A DNA stretch of 64,000 nucleotides from positions 133,470-197,469 of the forward strand of contig AP029158.1 of assembly GCA_037076615.1 (NCBI GenBank), in the 5' to 3' direction. Every line of letters begins with the position of its first letter. Position 1 is the stretch's first letter. The DNA is from Candidatus Parcubacteria bacterium. GTDB lineage: Bacteria; Patescibacteriota; Patescibacteriia; Patescibacteriales; UBA12465. The notes under the pieces were generated by a model that searched no databases, was not told the origin of the DNA, and saw only the letters and a list, made by a program, of their open reading frames with translations. Below, one piece after another: positions 24,186 to 34,887 of the stretch. A program made the position numbers and the translations under genes.

Positions 24186-24425
24186 ATTGCTATAGGGTGG
24201 TACTTAACCCGACTGGCCCGCATCTAAAAATACAACCCGAAAGGGTTGTATTTTTAGATGTGTGTAACAATGATGAGAACCTTTAGGTTCGACTGCCGAG
24301 GATAACGAGCGAAATGAAAACTTGGTTTTCATTTTTGAGCGACGCAGGCAGAAAAGGGCGGCTTGGCCGCCCTGTTATCCCTTGCTCTCCGCCCATAAAA
24401 AAAACACCCTTCCGGGTGTTCTTTT
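24186..24425 (+). ncRNA. Candidate structured non-coding RNA (class unknown)
   Basis: TATAAT at 24180-24185 and no ORF longer than 15 codons. Perfect 18-bp hairpin with a GAAA loop (24221-24260). Further hairpins AAATGAAAAC/GTTTTCATTT and GGGCGGC/GCCGCCC. Terminator AACACCC-TTCC-GGGTGTT (24403-24420). Confidence 0.35.
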
Positions 24426-24442
24426 ATAGTTAAGACTTTATT

Positions 24443-24664
24443 TTACTTCTCCCTAATCAGCCTTAAAGTCAAAGGAATTATCAGTAACCACAAAATTGTC
24501 GCGATAATCGTGGCAATCAATGCCGGCCAAGTGACATAGCTCATCCTTAACGCTTCTATATCGCCAAGGACACCGCCAATAATAATATAAACAAAAAATC
24601 CCCCGGTAAAAAACAAGGAAATTAGTAAACCAATGATCATTGCTTTTAGAATTTTTCTCAACAT
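24443..24664 (-). CDS. Small membrane protein (73 aa)
   Basis: Two long hydrophobic helices. Confidence 0.45.
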   Translation of the reverse strand: MLRKILKAMIIGLLISLFFTGGFFVYIIIGGVLGDIEALRMSYVTWPALIATIIATILWLLIIPLTLRLIREK

Positions 24665-24754
24665 ATTTGCAATTATAGCAAATTAAGGCCCAATCTGTTA
24701 AACTTATTACAAGTTTAAATCTTGAGCCCTCTGAGGCTCGCCAAAAATAAAATT

Positions 24755-25054
24755 ATGTCTAACGAAAACCAAGAAGAAAAAATAACCGAGGTTATCGAGC
24801 CGGTGGTAGTTGATAACCGTAAAAAGGAGATTTTTGAAGTGCTAAGTTTTAAAGATTGGATGATTACCATTCTGGTCACCTCGATTCCAGTCGTTAACTT
24901 AATCATGTTTTTTATCTGGGGCTTTTCTAAAGAAGAAAATCCTAATAAGGCTAATTGGGCCAAGGCTAATTTAGCTTGGATGGCGATTGGTATCATTCTG
25001 ACAATCGTTTTTTTCGGCGCTATTGCCTCTTTTATCATTGCCGCTTTAAGATAG
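24755..25054 (+). CDS. Small membrane protein (99 aa from MSNENQ)
   Basis: Start moved to the first ATG. Two hydrophobic helices. Confidence 0.45.
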   Translation: MSNENQEEKITEVIEPVVVDNRKKEIFEVLSFKDWMITILVTSIPVVNLIMFFIWGFSKEENPNKANWAKANLAWMAIGIILTIVFFGAIASFIIAALR

Positions 25055-25170
25055 TATCTAAATTAATGCTCTAACCTTCGGGCTACCTTAGCGGGTAGCC
25101 TTTTGATTTTTTATTTAATAAATGTTAGAGTTTTCCCGTAAAGATAATCCTTATTTTCTAAGCAGTTTTT

Positions 25171-26358
25171 ATGAAAAATATCGTGACCGAGCCGCAGCTA
25201 GTTGCTGAGGTTCTAAATCGAGGAGTTGACGAAATAATTGATAAAGAACATTTGGAAAAACGTTTACAAAGCGGTGAGTGCTTGCGGGTTAAGCTGGGTA
25301 TTGACCCTACTAGTCCCAATATTCATCTGGGGCGGTCTATTCCACTTTTGAAGCTCCGCGATTTTCAAAAACTGGGCCACCAAATAGTTTTGATCATTGG
25401 CGATTTTACCGGCACGATTGGCGATACTTCTGATAAGGATAGCGAGCGACCGATGCTGTCCGAAGAAACAGTTCAGGAAAATTTAAAAAATTATATCAAG
25501 CAAGCGGCCAAAATTATTGATATTGATCAGGCGGAAATTCATTATAATAGTCGCTGGTTGGGCGAATTGAAGTATAAAGAAATTACCAATCAGGCCAACG
25601 CTTTTTCTCTAAATGAGTTTATTTCTCGCGATAATATTCGCCGCCGCCTAGAGGCGGGTAAGCGCATTTCGCTTCGCGAGGTGCTCTATCCACTGATGCA
25701 AGGCTATGATTCTGTTGAAGTTAAGGCGGATGTGGAAATTGGCGGCACTGACCAACGTTTTAATGTTCTCTCCGGCCGCCATCTTCAGAAAGCCGCCGGC
25801 CAAGAACCGCAAGATATTATCACCAATCCTCTAATTGAAGGTTTGGATGGCCGCAAAATGAGTTCCAGTTTTGGCAATACTGTTAATCTTCTAGATGAGC
25901 CTAATGAGATGTTTGGCAAGATTATGTCTTTAAAGGATGAGTTTATTATCAAATATTTTACTCTGCTTACTCGTCTAGATTTAGAAATTATTACCAGTTA
26001 TGAAAAAGAATTGGCAAGTGGTGCCAACCCTCGCGATTACAAAATGATTCTGGCCGCCGAGCTGGTCAAGATGTATCACTCCGAAGCAGAAGCGGCCGCG
26101 GCCACCGAATACTTTGTTAACACTTTCTCTAAAAAAGAGATTCCGAGCGCTGAGATTGATGAGTTCTCACCTCAGGATTACAGTCTCGGCGCCGTCTTGT
26201 TAGCATCTGGCCTCGCCTCATCTAAATCCGAAATTCGCCGTCTTCTGGAGCAGGGAGGAATAAAAGTTGATAGTCAGGTAGTTTCCGATATTAATTTTGA
26301 GCTCAAGGTTGGCAATATTCTGCAACGGGGGAAAATCAAATTTATTAAAATTGTTTAA
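25171..26358 (+). CDS. tyrS: Tyrosyl-tRNA synthetase
   Basis: HIGH-type PNIHLGRS, KMSKS-type KMSSSFGN, and a C-terminal S4-like domain SKSEIRRLLEQGGIKVD. Confidence 0.9.
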   Translation: MKNIVTEPQLVAEVLNRGVDEIIDKEHLEKRLQSGECLRVKLGIDPTSPNIHLGRSIPLLKLRDFQKLGHQIVLIIGDFTGTIGDTSDKDSERPMLSEETVQENLKNYIKQAAKIIDIDQAEIHYNSRWLGELKYKEITNQANAFSLNEFISRDNIRRRLEAGKRISLREVLYPLMQGYDSVEVKADVEIGGTDQRFNVLSGRHLQKAAGQEPQDIITNPLIEGLDGRKMSSSFGNTVNLLDEPNEMFGKIMSLKDEFIIKYFTLLTRLDLEIITSYEKELASGANPRDYKMILAAELVKMYHSEAEAAAATEYFVNTFSKKEIPSAEIDEFSPQDYSLGAVLLASGLASSKSEIRRLLEQGGIKVDSQVVSDINFELKVGNILQRGKIKFIKIV

Positions 26359-26365
26359 TTTAAAG

Positions 26366-26397
26366 AAACAGCCCTTTTTAAGAAGGCTGTTTTTTTG
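26366..26397 (+). terminator. Intrinsic terminator after tyrS
   Basis: ACAGCC...GGCTGT followed by TTTTTT. Confidence 0.55.
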
Positions 26398-26551
26398 AAA
26401 CAAAAAAGATCTTTAAAAAATATTCGACTTCAGTTAAAAGCAACAGGCTGGTTGTTTTTAACTGGAGTAGAATCAACAATGATTTGAGACCAGCTTTAAC
26501 CCTTTAATATTCTTAGACTAAAAATAAGCATCTTTTAAAAATTTAAAAAAC

Positions 26552-26977
26552 ATGACAGAGGTAGAAGCAAAGAAATTTTTGGCGGTTGATGCTCAACCAA
26601 CTTATTTTATCGGCTGGTCTGTGCTAGAGCACAAACAGAGTGATTGGACTGGTTTTAACCCGAAACAGGTTAATCTCTATCAGTCGCCGCGACAACAAAA
26701 TGGCGGCTTGTCCGGTCTGGACTTACAAAAAGAATTGGCCAGCGCGCTAATTTTAAATGGTAATGTTCTCGACTATTTATTGTCGCAACCACGAATTATC
26801 CCCGAAGAGTGGGAGTGTAAAAAAATCTTTTTTGCCGGGACGGTTTATCAAAATTGCCATGGTGATTATTTCATCAGGTACTTGATTGGCTGTCGGCATA
26901 ATTGGTTTTGGGGCTATCAAAATTTAGAGGATAAAATCTCGGCTGATTCTTATGTAGCCATTGGGTTTTGTCCCTAA
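26552..26977 (+). CDS. Hypothetical protein (141 aa)
   Basis: Clean ORF followed by a terminator (CCCCGAG...CTCGGGG TTTTTT at 26996-27036). Confidence 0.45.
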   Translation: MTEVEAKKFLAVDAQPTYFIGWSVLEHKQSDWTGFNPKQVNLYQSPRQQNGGLSGLDLQKELASALILNGNVLDYLLSQPRIIPEEWECKKIFFAGTVYQNCHGDYFIRYLIGCRHNWFWGYQNLEDKISADSYVAIGFCP

Positions 26978-27088
26978 TTTGTTCTTTTTAACCCCCCCCG
27001 AGTATTTGGTGTAAACCAAAAAGCTCGGGGTTTTTTATTTCCCCCCAATTAATGCTATAATAACTGCAGGAAATTAAATTTTATAACT

Positions 27089-28090
27089 ATGAAAAAACTA
27101 CTTTTTGGCGGCACTCTATTATTGCTCGCTTTTATGTTGAGCGCTTGTGGCTCAGCGCCTGATCAAAATAATTTGTCGGGGGGTTGTTCAAAAGAAACAA
27201 AAACCTGCGCTGACGGTTCGGTAGTGACGCGCACTGGGGAAAATTGCGAATTTACCCCTTGCCCTGAGGAGGCTGCGGCCAGCGATATGATTAGAGTCTT
27301 TAATCCGGGGGCCGGAGAAGTAATTACACGCCCCTTGCAGATTATTGGTGAAGCGCGCGGGCCTTGGTTTTTTGAAGCTTCCTTTTTAATTCAACTGCTT
27401 GATGGCAAGGGTAATCTTATTGGTCAAACAATTGCCACGGCTGAAAGTGATTGGATGACGGAAGATTATGTCCCCTTCTCAGCGCTGATGGAATATTCCC
27501 TAAACGTGAGTGGGGCCGGAACCTTGGTCTTTATTAAAAATAACCCCTCTGGTTTAACGGATAATGACGCGCAGTTGCGCCTGCCGATTTTACTGACAGG
27601 CACTGACAACAACCTCTTAGAAACCGAGAACCTTCCTGCAATTAATCCTTCTGAGTTAGGTGAGCAAATTAATCCTGATCAGGCCCAGGCGCAAGAAGTT
27701 AAACTTTATTATTATAATGCCCATATTGATCAAGACGAGGCGGGAAATTTAAGGTGTAGTCCTACCGCTTTAGGCAGTGTTAGCCGCGAATTGTCGCCCA
27801 CCGACACCCCGATAGCGGATACAATTCAGACCTTAATACTGGGTGGACTTGGACAAGCCGAGCTGGATGCCGGTTTAAGCACCGAGTTTCCTCTCCCCGG
27901 TTTCGCTCTTAATAGCGCTAATTTAGACAATAATGGAGTTTTAACTTTAGAATTTTCTGATCCGGAAAATAAGTCTAGTGGCGGCTCTTGTCGTGTCGGC
28001 ATTCTTCGCGCTCAGATTGAAGCGACCGCTAAACAGTTTCCGGAGGTAAAAGAAGTAAATTTTATTCCCGAAACCATTTTTCAACCCTAA
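27089..28090 (+). CDS. Lipoprotein with Gmad2 Ig-like and GerMN-like domains
   Basis: Lipobox LSAC. The IRVFNPGAGEVITRPLQIIGEARGPWFFEASF segment is Gmad2-like. The C-terminal VKLYYYN...CSP...TLILG segment is GerMN-like. Confidence 0.6.
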   Translation: MKKLLFGGTLLLLAFMLSACGSAPDQNNLSGGCSKETKTCADGSVVTRTGENCEFTPCPEEAAASDMIRVFNPGAGEVITRPLQIIGEARGPWFFEASFLIQLLDGKGNLIGQTIATAESDWMTEDYVPFSALMEYSLNVSGAGTLVFIKNNPSGLTDNDAQLRLPILLTGTDNNLLETENLPAINPSELGEQINPDQAQAQEVKLYYYNAHIDQDEAGNLRCSPTALGSVSRELSPTDTPIADTIQTLILGGLGQAELDAGLSTEFPLPGFALNSANLDNNGVLTLEFSDPENKSSGGSCRVGILRAQIEATAKQFPEVKEVNFIPETIFQP

Positions 28091-28312
28091 ATAATTAGTA
28101 AAAAAGAAGATTTTAAAAAACGCCTTAATTATTGAGGCGTTTTTTTGTTTTTTTGATTAGCCGGATTATTACCCCGGCCAGGAGCACAAGGGATAAAGTT
28201 ACCATTGTTAATATATTTAGTTGTTAATGACCTCTGTTTAAGTTACCGTCTTTAGCGCGGGTTGTCAAAACCGGTTCGCACAGCTACCCCGCTTTCTGGT
28301 ATAATATAAAAT

Positions 28313-28798
28313 ATGGCAAAAAAAACACCTCGAACTTTGATCGTCTGCGTTTCCCGGCATCGGGGCAACACCCTTAAAATAGCGAGCGCGCTAGCGGAAG
28401 TCTTATCTGCCGACCTTATTTCTCCGGCCGAATTTTCTCCGGAATTGGCGACTTCTTATGATTTATTGGGCTTTGGCTCAGGCGTTTATCGCCAACACTT
28501 GGATAGTAAAATTAGAGAAGCGGTTTCTTGGCTTTCTAAAGATTATCAGAGGCCGGTTTTTATATTCTCTACTAGCGCGTCCGGGATTAAAGAGCCGCAC
28601 CAAGATTTAAAAGCCCATTTTAATGAAATGAACTACCCGCTTATTGGCGAATTTTCTTGCCGGGGCCGAATGACTTATGGCCTGCTCAAATTTTTTGGCG
28701 GCATTAATCCGACCCGGCCGAACGCCAGCGATTTAGATGCGGCCGCCTTCTTTGCCCAGGAATTATTAGCTAACCCCCTTTTTAAAAAAATTGATTAA
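28313..28798 (+). CDS. Flavodoxin-like fold protein
   Basis: The N-terminal TLIVCVSRHRGNTLKIA pattern is typical of flavodoxin-family proteins. Weak call. Confidence 0.45.
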   Translation: MAKKTPRTLIVCVSRHRGNTLKIASALAEVLSADLISPAEFSPELATSYDLLGFGSGVYRQHLDSKIREAVSWLSKDYQRPVFIFSTSASGIKEPHQDLKAHFNEMNYPLIGEFSCRGRMTYGLLKFFGGINPTRPNASDLDAAAFFAQELLANPLFKKID

Positions 28799-28863
28799 AA
28801 ATAGAGCTTTACTTGATAAAAACTAAGACTTAGAGTACTCTGGGGAAGTAAAATAAAAATTAT

Positions 28864-30258
28864 ATGTCCTATATTTTGCTTAAAAAACTGCATCAAGAGA
28901 CCGCTTCCTACCTAAATAAGACGGTAACGGTGGCTGGTTGGGTGCGCACGATTCGCTCGTCCAAAGGTTTCGGTTTTATGGATTTAAACGATGGGTCATT
29001 TTTTAAAGGCATTCAGGTTGTCTTTGCTGACACTTTGGAGAATTTTGCGGAGATTGAAAAATTAACTATTGGCTCTTCGGTCGAGGTCAGCGGCCTGATG
29101 GTTGAATCACCGGCGGTTGGCCAATCTTTTGAATTAAAAGCGGAGGCAATTAAGGTTATTGGTCGCGCTGCTGAGGATTATCCTCTACAAAAGAAAAAGC
29201 ACAGTTTTGAATTTTTACGAGAAATCGCTCATTTGCGCGGTCGCAGCAACACTTTTTCGGCTGTTTATCGCCTGCGCTCCGAATTAAGTATTGCCATTCA
29301 TAAATTTTTTCACGATGAAGGGTTCTCTTATGTCCACACCCCGCTTATTTCCGCCTCTGATGCTGAAGGGGCGGGAGAGCTCTTTACTGTTACGACTTTT
29401 GATTTAGAAAAACCTTTGCCAAAAAATGCGGCCGGCGAAACCGATTTCAGCCGCGATTTTTTCGGCAAAAAGGCCGGGCTGACGGTGAGCGGCCAGCTGG
29501 AAGCGGAGGCCTTAATTGCCGGCCTTAACCGCGTTTATACTTTTGGGCCGACTTTTCGGGCGGAAAATTCTAATACTACTCGACACGCCAGCGAATTCTG
29601 GATGATCGAGCCGGAAATGGCCTTTGCCGACTTAACTGCCGATATGGATTTGGCCGAGCGGATGCTTAAATATCTGATTAAGCATGTTTTGACTGCTTTG
29701 CCAGAAGAGATGGAATTTTTTAATAAGTTTATTGATCCGGGCTTGAAGGATCGTTTAGAAGCTGTTGTTGCGGCCGGCTTTGTTCGCTTAACTTACACCG
29801 AAGCAATCAAACATTTAGAGGCTAGCGGCGAAAAGTTTAACTATCCGGTTAAATGGGGAATTGATTTACAAACCGAGCATGAGCGTTATTTAAGTGAGAA
29901 AGTTTTTGGCAGGCCTGTCTTTTTAATTGATTATCCCAAAGACATCAAGGCTTTTTATATGCGCTTAAATGATGATGGGAAAACGGTGGCGGCGATGGAT
30001 TTATTGGTTCCCGGCATTGGCGAATTAATTGGTGGTAGCCAGCGTGAAGATCGCCTGGAGTTATTACAAGCCCGCCTAAAGGAATTAGGCTTGTCGGAAC
30101 AAGAATACTATTGGTATTTAGATTTACGAAAGTATGGCAGCGTTCCGCACGCCGGTTTTGGCCTCGGCTTTGAACGCTTAATTATGTATTTATCGGGCAT
30201 GACCAATATTCGCGATGTGATTCCATTTCCCCGGACGCCGAAAAATTTACACTTTTAA
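28864..30258 (+). CDS. asnS: Asparaginyl-tRNA synthetase
   Basis: N-terminal OB fold. Class II motifs include [21 protein letters not shown] and GFGLGFERL. Confidence 0.9.
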   Translation: MSYILLKKLHQETASYLNKTVTVAGWVRTIRSSKGFGFMDLNDGSFFKGIQVVFADTLENFAEIEKLTIGSSVEVSGLMVESPAVGQSFELKAEAIKVIGRAAEDYPLQKKKHSFEFLREIAHLRGRSNTFSAVYRLRSELSIAIHKFFHDEGFSYVHTPLISASDAEGAGELFTVTTFDLEKPLPKNAAGETDFSRDFFGKKAGLTVSGQLEAEALIAGLNRVYTFGPTFRAENSNTTRHASEFWMIEPEMAFADLTADMDLAERMLKYLIKHVLTALPEEMEFFNKFIDPGLKDRLEAVVAAGFVRLTYTEAIKHLEASGEKFNYPVKWGIDLQTEHERYLSEKVFGRPVFLIDYPKDIKAFYMRLNDDGKTVAAMDLLVPGIGELIGGSQREDRLELLQARLKELGLSEQEYYWYLDLRKYGSVPHAGFGLGFERLIMYLSGMTNIRDVIPFPRTPKNLHF

Positions 30259-30266
30259 TCAGATTT

Positions 30267-31226
30267 ATGAATACTCATCGTCGTCTTTTAACTATCAGCG
30301 CTTTTTTATTCTTAGCACTCTTAGTGGTTGGCGGTGTTTTTTTATGGGCAAAAAAAGGAACAACCCCCGCACCTAATGAAAACCGCCTGGTAATTTTAAC
30401 AACCATCTTTCCTTTAGAAGAGTTGGCGGCGGCCGTGGGTGGTGAGCAGGCCTTAGTTAGCTCCTTATTGCCGGCCGGGGTTGATGTCCATCATTTTGAG
30501 CCGCGCCCGAGCGACTTAATAAAACTTCAAGGCGCCGACTTATTTATTTATGGTGGTGAAGTTTTAGAGCCCGGAATGGCGAAGATGTTAAACAGTTTAG
30601 AGGTATCGGATTTAGAGATTTTAGACGCCAGCCAAGTCAGTAATTTGATCGCCAGCACTCATGATGAGGAAGCGGATGATCATGATCATTCTGAGTCCAT
30701 CGACCCTCATTTTTGGTTAGACTTTGAAAATGATGAAAAAATAGTGGTCGCCATTTCTGAAAAATTAAGCATTCTTGATTCCGCTAACACCTTTATTTAT
30801 CAGGCCCGGGCTGATGATTATCAGAAAAAACTTCAGAATTTAAATATTGCTTACGAATCAGGTTTAAAAAATTGCGCTAGTCGCGAAATTATTTATGGCG
30901 GACATTATACTTTTGCTTATTTAGCCGAGCGTTATGATTTGGATTATTTGGCCGCTCAAGGCGTATCGCCGGATGCGGAACCGGGTGCACAAACTTTAAT
31001 TGATTTGAGTAAACAAGCTGGAAACCAAGCTGATCCCTATGTTTTCTACGAAGCGCAAGAGAGCAGCAAAGTGGCCGCGACCATTGCCGCCGAAAGTGGC
31101 GCCAAGCTTCTACCTTTAAGCTCCGGCCATATTTTATCGCCCGCACAAAAAGAGGCGGGCCTGACTTTTATTGAAATCATGGAAAATAATTTAACTAATC
31201 TGCGCCAAGGTTTAAATTGCCAATAA
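30267..31226 (+). CDS. Metal (Zn/Mn-type) ABC transporter substrate-binding protein
   Basis: TroA/ZnuA-like fold with a His/Asp-rich loop HDEEADDHDHSESIDPHFW. Confidence 0.75.
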   Translation: MNTHRRLLTISAFLFLALLVVGGVFLWAKKGTTPAPNENRLVILTTIFPLEELAAAVGGEQALVSSLLPAGVDVHHFEPRPSDLIKLQGADLFIYGGEVLEPGMAKMLNSLEVSDLEILDASQVSNLIASTHDEEADDHDHSESIDPHFWLDFENDEKIVVAISEKLSILDSANTFIYQARADDYQKKLQNLNIAYESGLKNCASREIIYGGHYTFAYLAERYDLDYLAAQGVSPDAEPGAQTLIDLSKQAGNQADPYVFYEAQESSKVAATIAAESGAKLLPLSSGHILSPAQKEAGLTFIEIMENNLTNLRQGLNCQ

Positions 31227-31227
31227 A

Positions 31228-31959
31228 ATGACCATCGTTTCTGTCAAAAATTTAACTTTTGCTTATCTAACTAATCCGGTGCTAGAGAATGTTTCTTTTG
31301 CGATTGAGGCCGGTGATTTTGTGGCGCTCGCCGGTCCGAATGGAGCCGGCAAAACAACTTTAGTCCGCTTGTTGTTGGGTTTAAATCAGGGGGCGACCGG
31401 AGACATCCAGTTATTTGGAAAGCCGTTGGCTAAATTTTCGGACTGGTCAAAGATTGGTTATTTGCCCCAGCGGGTAAACAAGTTTAATCCTTTATTCCCG
31501 GCCACGGTTAGCGAAGTTGTTGGCCTAGGTTTCAAAAAACGCGGTCCTAAACATAAAGAAGCGATTAATCGGGCTTTAGAATTTTTAGAAATTGATAATT
31601 TACACGACCGGCCGGTGGCTTCGCTTTCCGGCGGTCAGCAACAAAAAGTTTTTTTAGCTCGCGCTTTAGTCAATCAGCCCGAGCTGTTAATTTTAGATGA
31701 GCCCAGTAGCGCTTTAGATCCTGAGTCGCGGCACAGTTTTTTCTCCGCGCTTAAAAAACTTAATCAGGAGCAGGGCGTGACGATTATTATGATCACTCAC
31801 GACAGTGCTTCCGCGGGCGACTACGCCAAAAAATTATTATATTTGGACAAGACACTAATCTTCTTTGATTCCTTCCGGGTTTTTTGCCAGTCTGAGGAAA
31901 TGCATTCGCGCTTTGGTGGTTTTTTACAGCATTTAATTTGCCACCAGCATCAGGATTAA
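31228..31959 (+). CDS. Metal ABC transporter ATP-binding protein
   Basis: Walker A GPNGAGKTT, signature LSGGQQQ and Walker B LLILDEP. Confidence 0.85.
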   Translation: MTIVSVKNLTFAYLTNPVLENVSFAIEAGDFVALAGPNGAGKTTLVRLLLGLNQGATGDIQLFGKPLAKFSDWSKIGYLPQRVNKFNPLFPATVSEVVGLGFKKRGPKHKEAINRALEFLEIDNLHDRPVASLSGGQQQKVFLARALVNQPELLILDEPSSALDPESRHSFFSALKKLNQEQGVTIIMITHDSASAGDYAKKLLYLDKTLIFFDSFRVFCQSEEMHSRFGGFLQHLICHQHQD

Positions 31960-31962
31960 TTT

Positions 31963-32775
31963 ATGGAAATTCTGGATTTTTTAAATTACGGTTTTATTCA
32001 GCGCGCTTATTTAGCCGGGGCGGCGGTGGCCGCTTTGAGTGCTATTTTGGGGGTGATTTTAGTTTTGCGCCAACTGTCTTTAATTGGTGATGGTCTCAGC
32101 CACATTAGTTTTGGCGCTTTAGCCTTAGGTTTATTTTTAGGGATTTATCCGATTTACGTTGCCCTGCCGGCAGCGATTCTGGCCTCTTGTTTTATTATCG
32201 TTTTAAAAGATAAGGCCCAGCTTTATGGCGATGCCGCTATTGCGATTGTTTCGGCGGTTGGCATTGCCGGCGGCGTTATTTTAGCTAGTCTGGCGAGCGG
32301 TTTTAATGTTGATCTCTTTTCTTATCTCTTTGGCAATATTCTCGCCATCAGTTCCTCTGAAGTCCTATTATCAATAATTGTGTCTATTTTGGTAATCGCG
32401 ATTATCGTTTATTTATATCGTGACATTTTGGCGGCCACTTTTGACGAAGAGCTAGCGCAGGTTAGCGGCGTCAAGGTGCGGCGGCTCAATATTATTCTTT
32501 CTTCTCTAACCGCCGTTTCTGTGGTTTTGGCGATTAAGGTGGTGGGGGTGATGTTAGTTTCGGCACTGCTGGTGATTCCGGCCGTTTCCGCTTTACAGCT
32601 GGCTAAGAGTTTTAAGGCGGCCTTAATTTGGGCCTTACTGTTTGCGGTTATTTCGGTATTAATTGGCGTCTCCTTGTCATTTTTAACTGATTTACCCGCC
32701 GGCGCCACAATCGTGATGGTTAATTTCTTCATTTTTGTCTTTTGTTGGTTCGGCCGACAGCTTCCAAAAAATTAG
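31963..32775 (+). CDS. Metal ABC transporter permease
   Basis: Polytopic ZnuB/TroCD-like protein in operon with the ATPase and binding protein. Confidence 0.75.
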   Translation: MEILDFLNYGFIQRAYLAGAAVAALSAILGVILVLRQLSLIGDGLSHISFGALALGLFLGIYPIYVALPAAILASCFIIVLKDKAQLYGDAAIAIVSAVGIAGGVILASLASGFNVDLFSYLFGNILAISSSEVLLSIIVSILVIAIIVYLYRDILAATFDEELAQVSGVKVRRLNIILSSLTAVSVVLAIKVVGVMLVSALLVIPAVSALQLAKSFKAALIWALLFAVISVLIGVSLSFLTDLPAGATIVMVNFFIFVFCWFGRQLPKN

Positions 32776-32858
32776 CCAAAAAATAAAGCTTTTCGTCTTT
32801 TCCGCCTAAAAATGCTACTATTATTAGAAGTTCGGGCGGTTTTTTTATTTTTAAACAT

Positions 32859-34619
32859 ATGAAAAAACAACTAAAAAGAGGGCTTTTGATTTTGATCTTA
32901 GCTTTAGGCTTAGGTGTGATATACCTTTTGGTGAATTATATTTCGGAGGGGGAATCAGATTTAGGAATTGAGACCCCCTCACTAGTAGAATCAAAAATAA
33001 AAAAAGAAACTCTTAGCCCTGAGATGGCGACTTTTATTGAGGCTCGTCAGGCCTTGCCGACAAATAGCGAGGTAGCGTCTCTGCTCGCGGTGGGTGATCT
33101 CTCTTTTTCTCGAGGGGTGGAGCGGATGATTATTAAAAATGATAATTTTGAATATCCCTTTACCGAGTTGGGCGATTTTTTAAGTCAGGCCGATATTACT
33201 TTTGGCAATTTAGAAACGCCGCTGACTCCGGGGCGCGTCATTCAAAGCGGGGAGATGATTTTTCGTTCTGACCCCAAGATGGCCAAGATTTTAAGCGATC
33301 AAGGCTTTGATATTGTTTCTTTAGCCAATAATCATACTCCGAATTTTGGCGCCCAAGGGATGCGTGACACTTTTAACTATTTAGATGAAGCCGGGGTGGC
33401 TTATGTCGGTGCCGGCGAAGATGGCCCGCGCGCTTATGCGCCGGTTTATCTAGAAAAGAAGGGAATTAAATTTGCCTTTATTGCTCATAATGATTCCGAT
33501 GTTGTCCCCGCTTATTACCGGGCTGATGAAAAAGGCCCCGGCACAGCGCTAATTGACGAGGCGGAATTAAAAGCTGCGATTACGGTTGCTAAAGAAGAAG
33601 CGGATTTGGTGATTGTTTCAATGCATTCTGGCACTGAGTACGTACCTGGTCCCAACAGTCGGCAAACTAAATTTGCGCGGGCGGCCATTGATTACGGTGC
33701 GGATTTAGTTATTGGCCATCACCCGCATGTTATTCAGACCGTAGAAAAATATAAAGATAAATACATTTTTTATAGTTTAGGAAATTTTGTTTTTGATCAA
33801 TCCTGGTCGCAGGAAACGGCCGATAGTTTAGCGGCCAAATTTTATTTTACTAAAGACGGCTTAGTTAGTTTTACGCTCCATCCTTTACGAATGTATCAAT
33901 TAGCCCAGCCGGCACCGGCGGCCGAAGTGGATGCGGCGAGAATTTTGGCGCGCCTGGATTGGCCGCTTACCGAAGCCAATAATTATACTTGGCAGGGCGG
34001 GGAATTGAGTTTGGATTTAGAAACGGCGGTCTTGGTTAATTCTATGGCTTCTGGTAATTTTGAGAAAAAAGAAGCGGCCGATTTAAATCATGATGATATT
34101 GATGAAGAATATTCTTTAGAATCCGGGCGTTTAGTGGCGCGGCAGGGTGACGAGATTTTATGGCAAACCCCGGAAACCTGGTGGGTGGAAGATTTTGTCG
34201 TTGGCGATAGTAACCATGATGATCAAGCAGAGGTAGCAATTGCTTTGTGGCGCTCTGGTGATTTTAATTCCACTAATTCTTTTTGGCCCAGTCGTCAATC
34301 AGAAAATCTAACGGTGCGACAATTTTTGTTAGTCTTACAATCCGATGTTAATGGCTTTAAACCTTTTTGGGTGTCCGAAGCTCTTGAGACGCCTCAATGT
34401 TCATTATCTTTAAAAGATGTTGATGATGATGGTTATCAAGAACTAGTTAGTGTAACCGGCGATTATCAAACTTCTCCGGTCTGCCAGCCGCAACAAGTTA
34501 ATGTTTGGCGCTGGAGTAGTTGGGGCTTTGTTCCTGAATGGCAAAGCGAATTTTTAGGTGATTGGCTTAACTCTGGTTTGGCTGGGGAAGAATTAGTTTC
34601 CGACTCCGCCGTTGATTAG
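32859..34619 (+). CDS. CapA-family metallophosphatase-like protein with C-terminal FG-GAP/VCBS-like repeats
   Basis: CapA-type motifs GDLSFSR, GNLETP, ANNH and GHHPH. C-terminal DxDxDG-type segments DLNHDDIDEEY, GDSNHDDQAEV and DVDDDGYQEL. Confidence 0.65.
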   Translation: MKKQLKRGLLILILALGLGVIYLLVNYISEGESDLGIETPSLVESKIKKETLSPEMATFIEARQALPTNSEVASLLAVGDLSFSRGVERMIIKNDNFEYPFTELGDFLSQADITFGNLETPLTPGRVIQSGEMIFRSDPKMAKILSDQGFDIVSLANNHTPNFGAQGMRDTFNYLDEAGVAYVGAGEDGPRAYAPVYLEKKGIKFAFIAHNDSDVVPAYYRADEKGPGTALIDEAELKAAITVAKEEADLVIVSMHSGTEYVPGPNSRQTKFARAAIDYGADLVIGHHPHVIQTVEKYKDKYIFYSLGNFVFDQSWSQETADSLAAKFYFTKDGLVSFTLHPLRMYQLAQPAPAAEVDAARILARLDWPLTEANNYTWQGGELSLDLETAVLVNSMASGNFEKKEAADLNHDDIDEEYSLESGRLVARQGDEILWQTPETWWVEDFVVGDSNHDDQAEVAIALWRSGDFNSTNSFWPSRQSENLTVRQFLLVLQSDVNGFKPFWVSEALETPQCSLSLKDVDDDGYQELVSVTGDYQTSPVCQPQQVNVWRWSSWGFVPEWQSEFLGDWLNSGLAGEELVSDSAVD

Positions 34620-34660
34620 GCATTGGCTTTTTTTGAAAAACTTGATAATCTAGAGAAATT

Positions 34661-34815
<155 letters not shown>

Positions 34816-34887
34816 AAATCGCTCTCTGGGCGATTTTTTTTTATAATTACTTTGGCTATCAACATATTGTTGATTAATTTAAACCAT

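Noticed and set aside
24191-24205. AGGGTGGTAC matches the core of the T-box sequence.
   Set aside because: It lies at the 5' end of the putative transcript. It is not followed by CGCG, has no antiterminator/terminator arrangement around it, and no aaRS gene follows on this strand.
24376-24395. ATCCCTTGCTCTCCGCC resembles the 3' end of tRNA-Ser(GCU) (ATCCCTGTCTCTCCGCC) and could be a displaced tRNA 3' fragment marking attR.
   Set aside because: It has mismatches in the would-be acceptor and T-stem and no CCA. It lies about 250 nt beyond the much better co-linear repeat at 24085-24142. It is more likely chance or part of the candidate ncRNA.
24186-24425. tmRNA (ssrA), because of GGTTCGAC-type strings and a tRNA-like 3' string.
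   Set aside because: No 5'/3' acceptor pairing, no T-arm, no plausible tag reading frame ending in a hydrophobic Ala-rich tail, and the 3' end is CCCA rather than an acceptor plus CCA.
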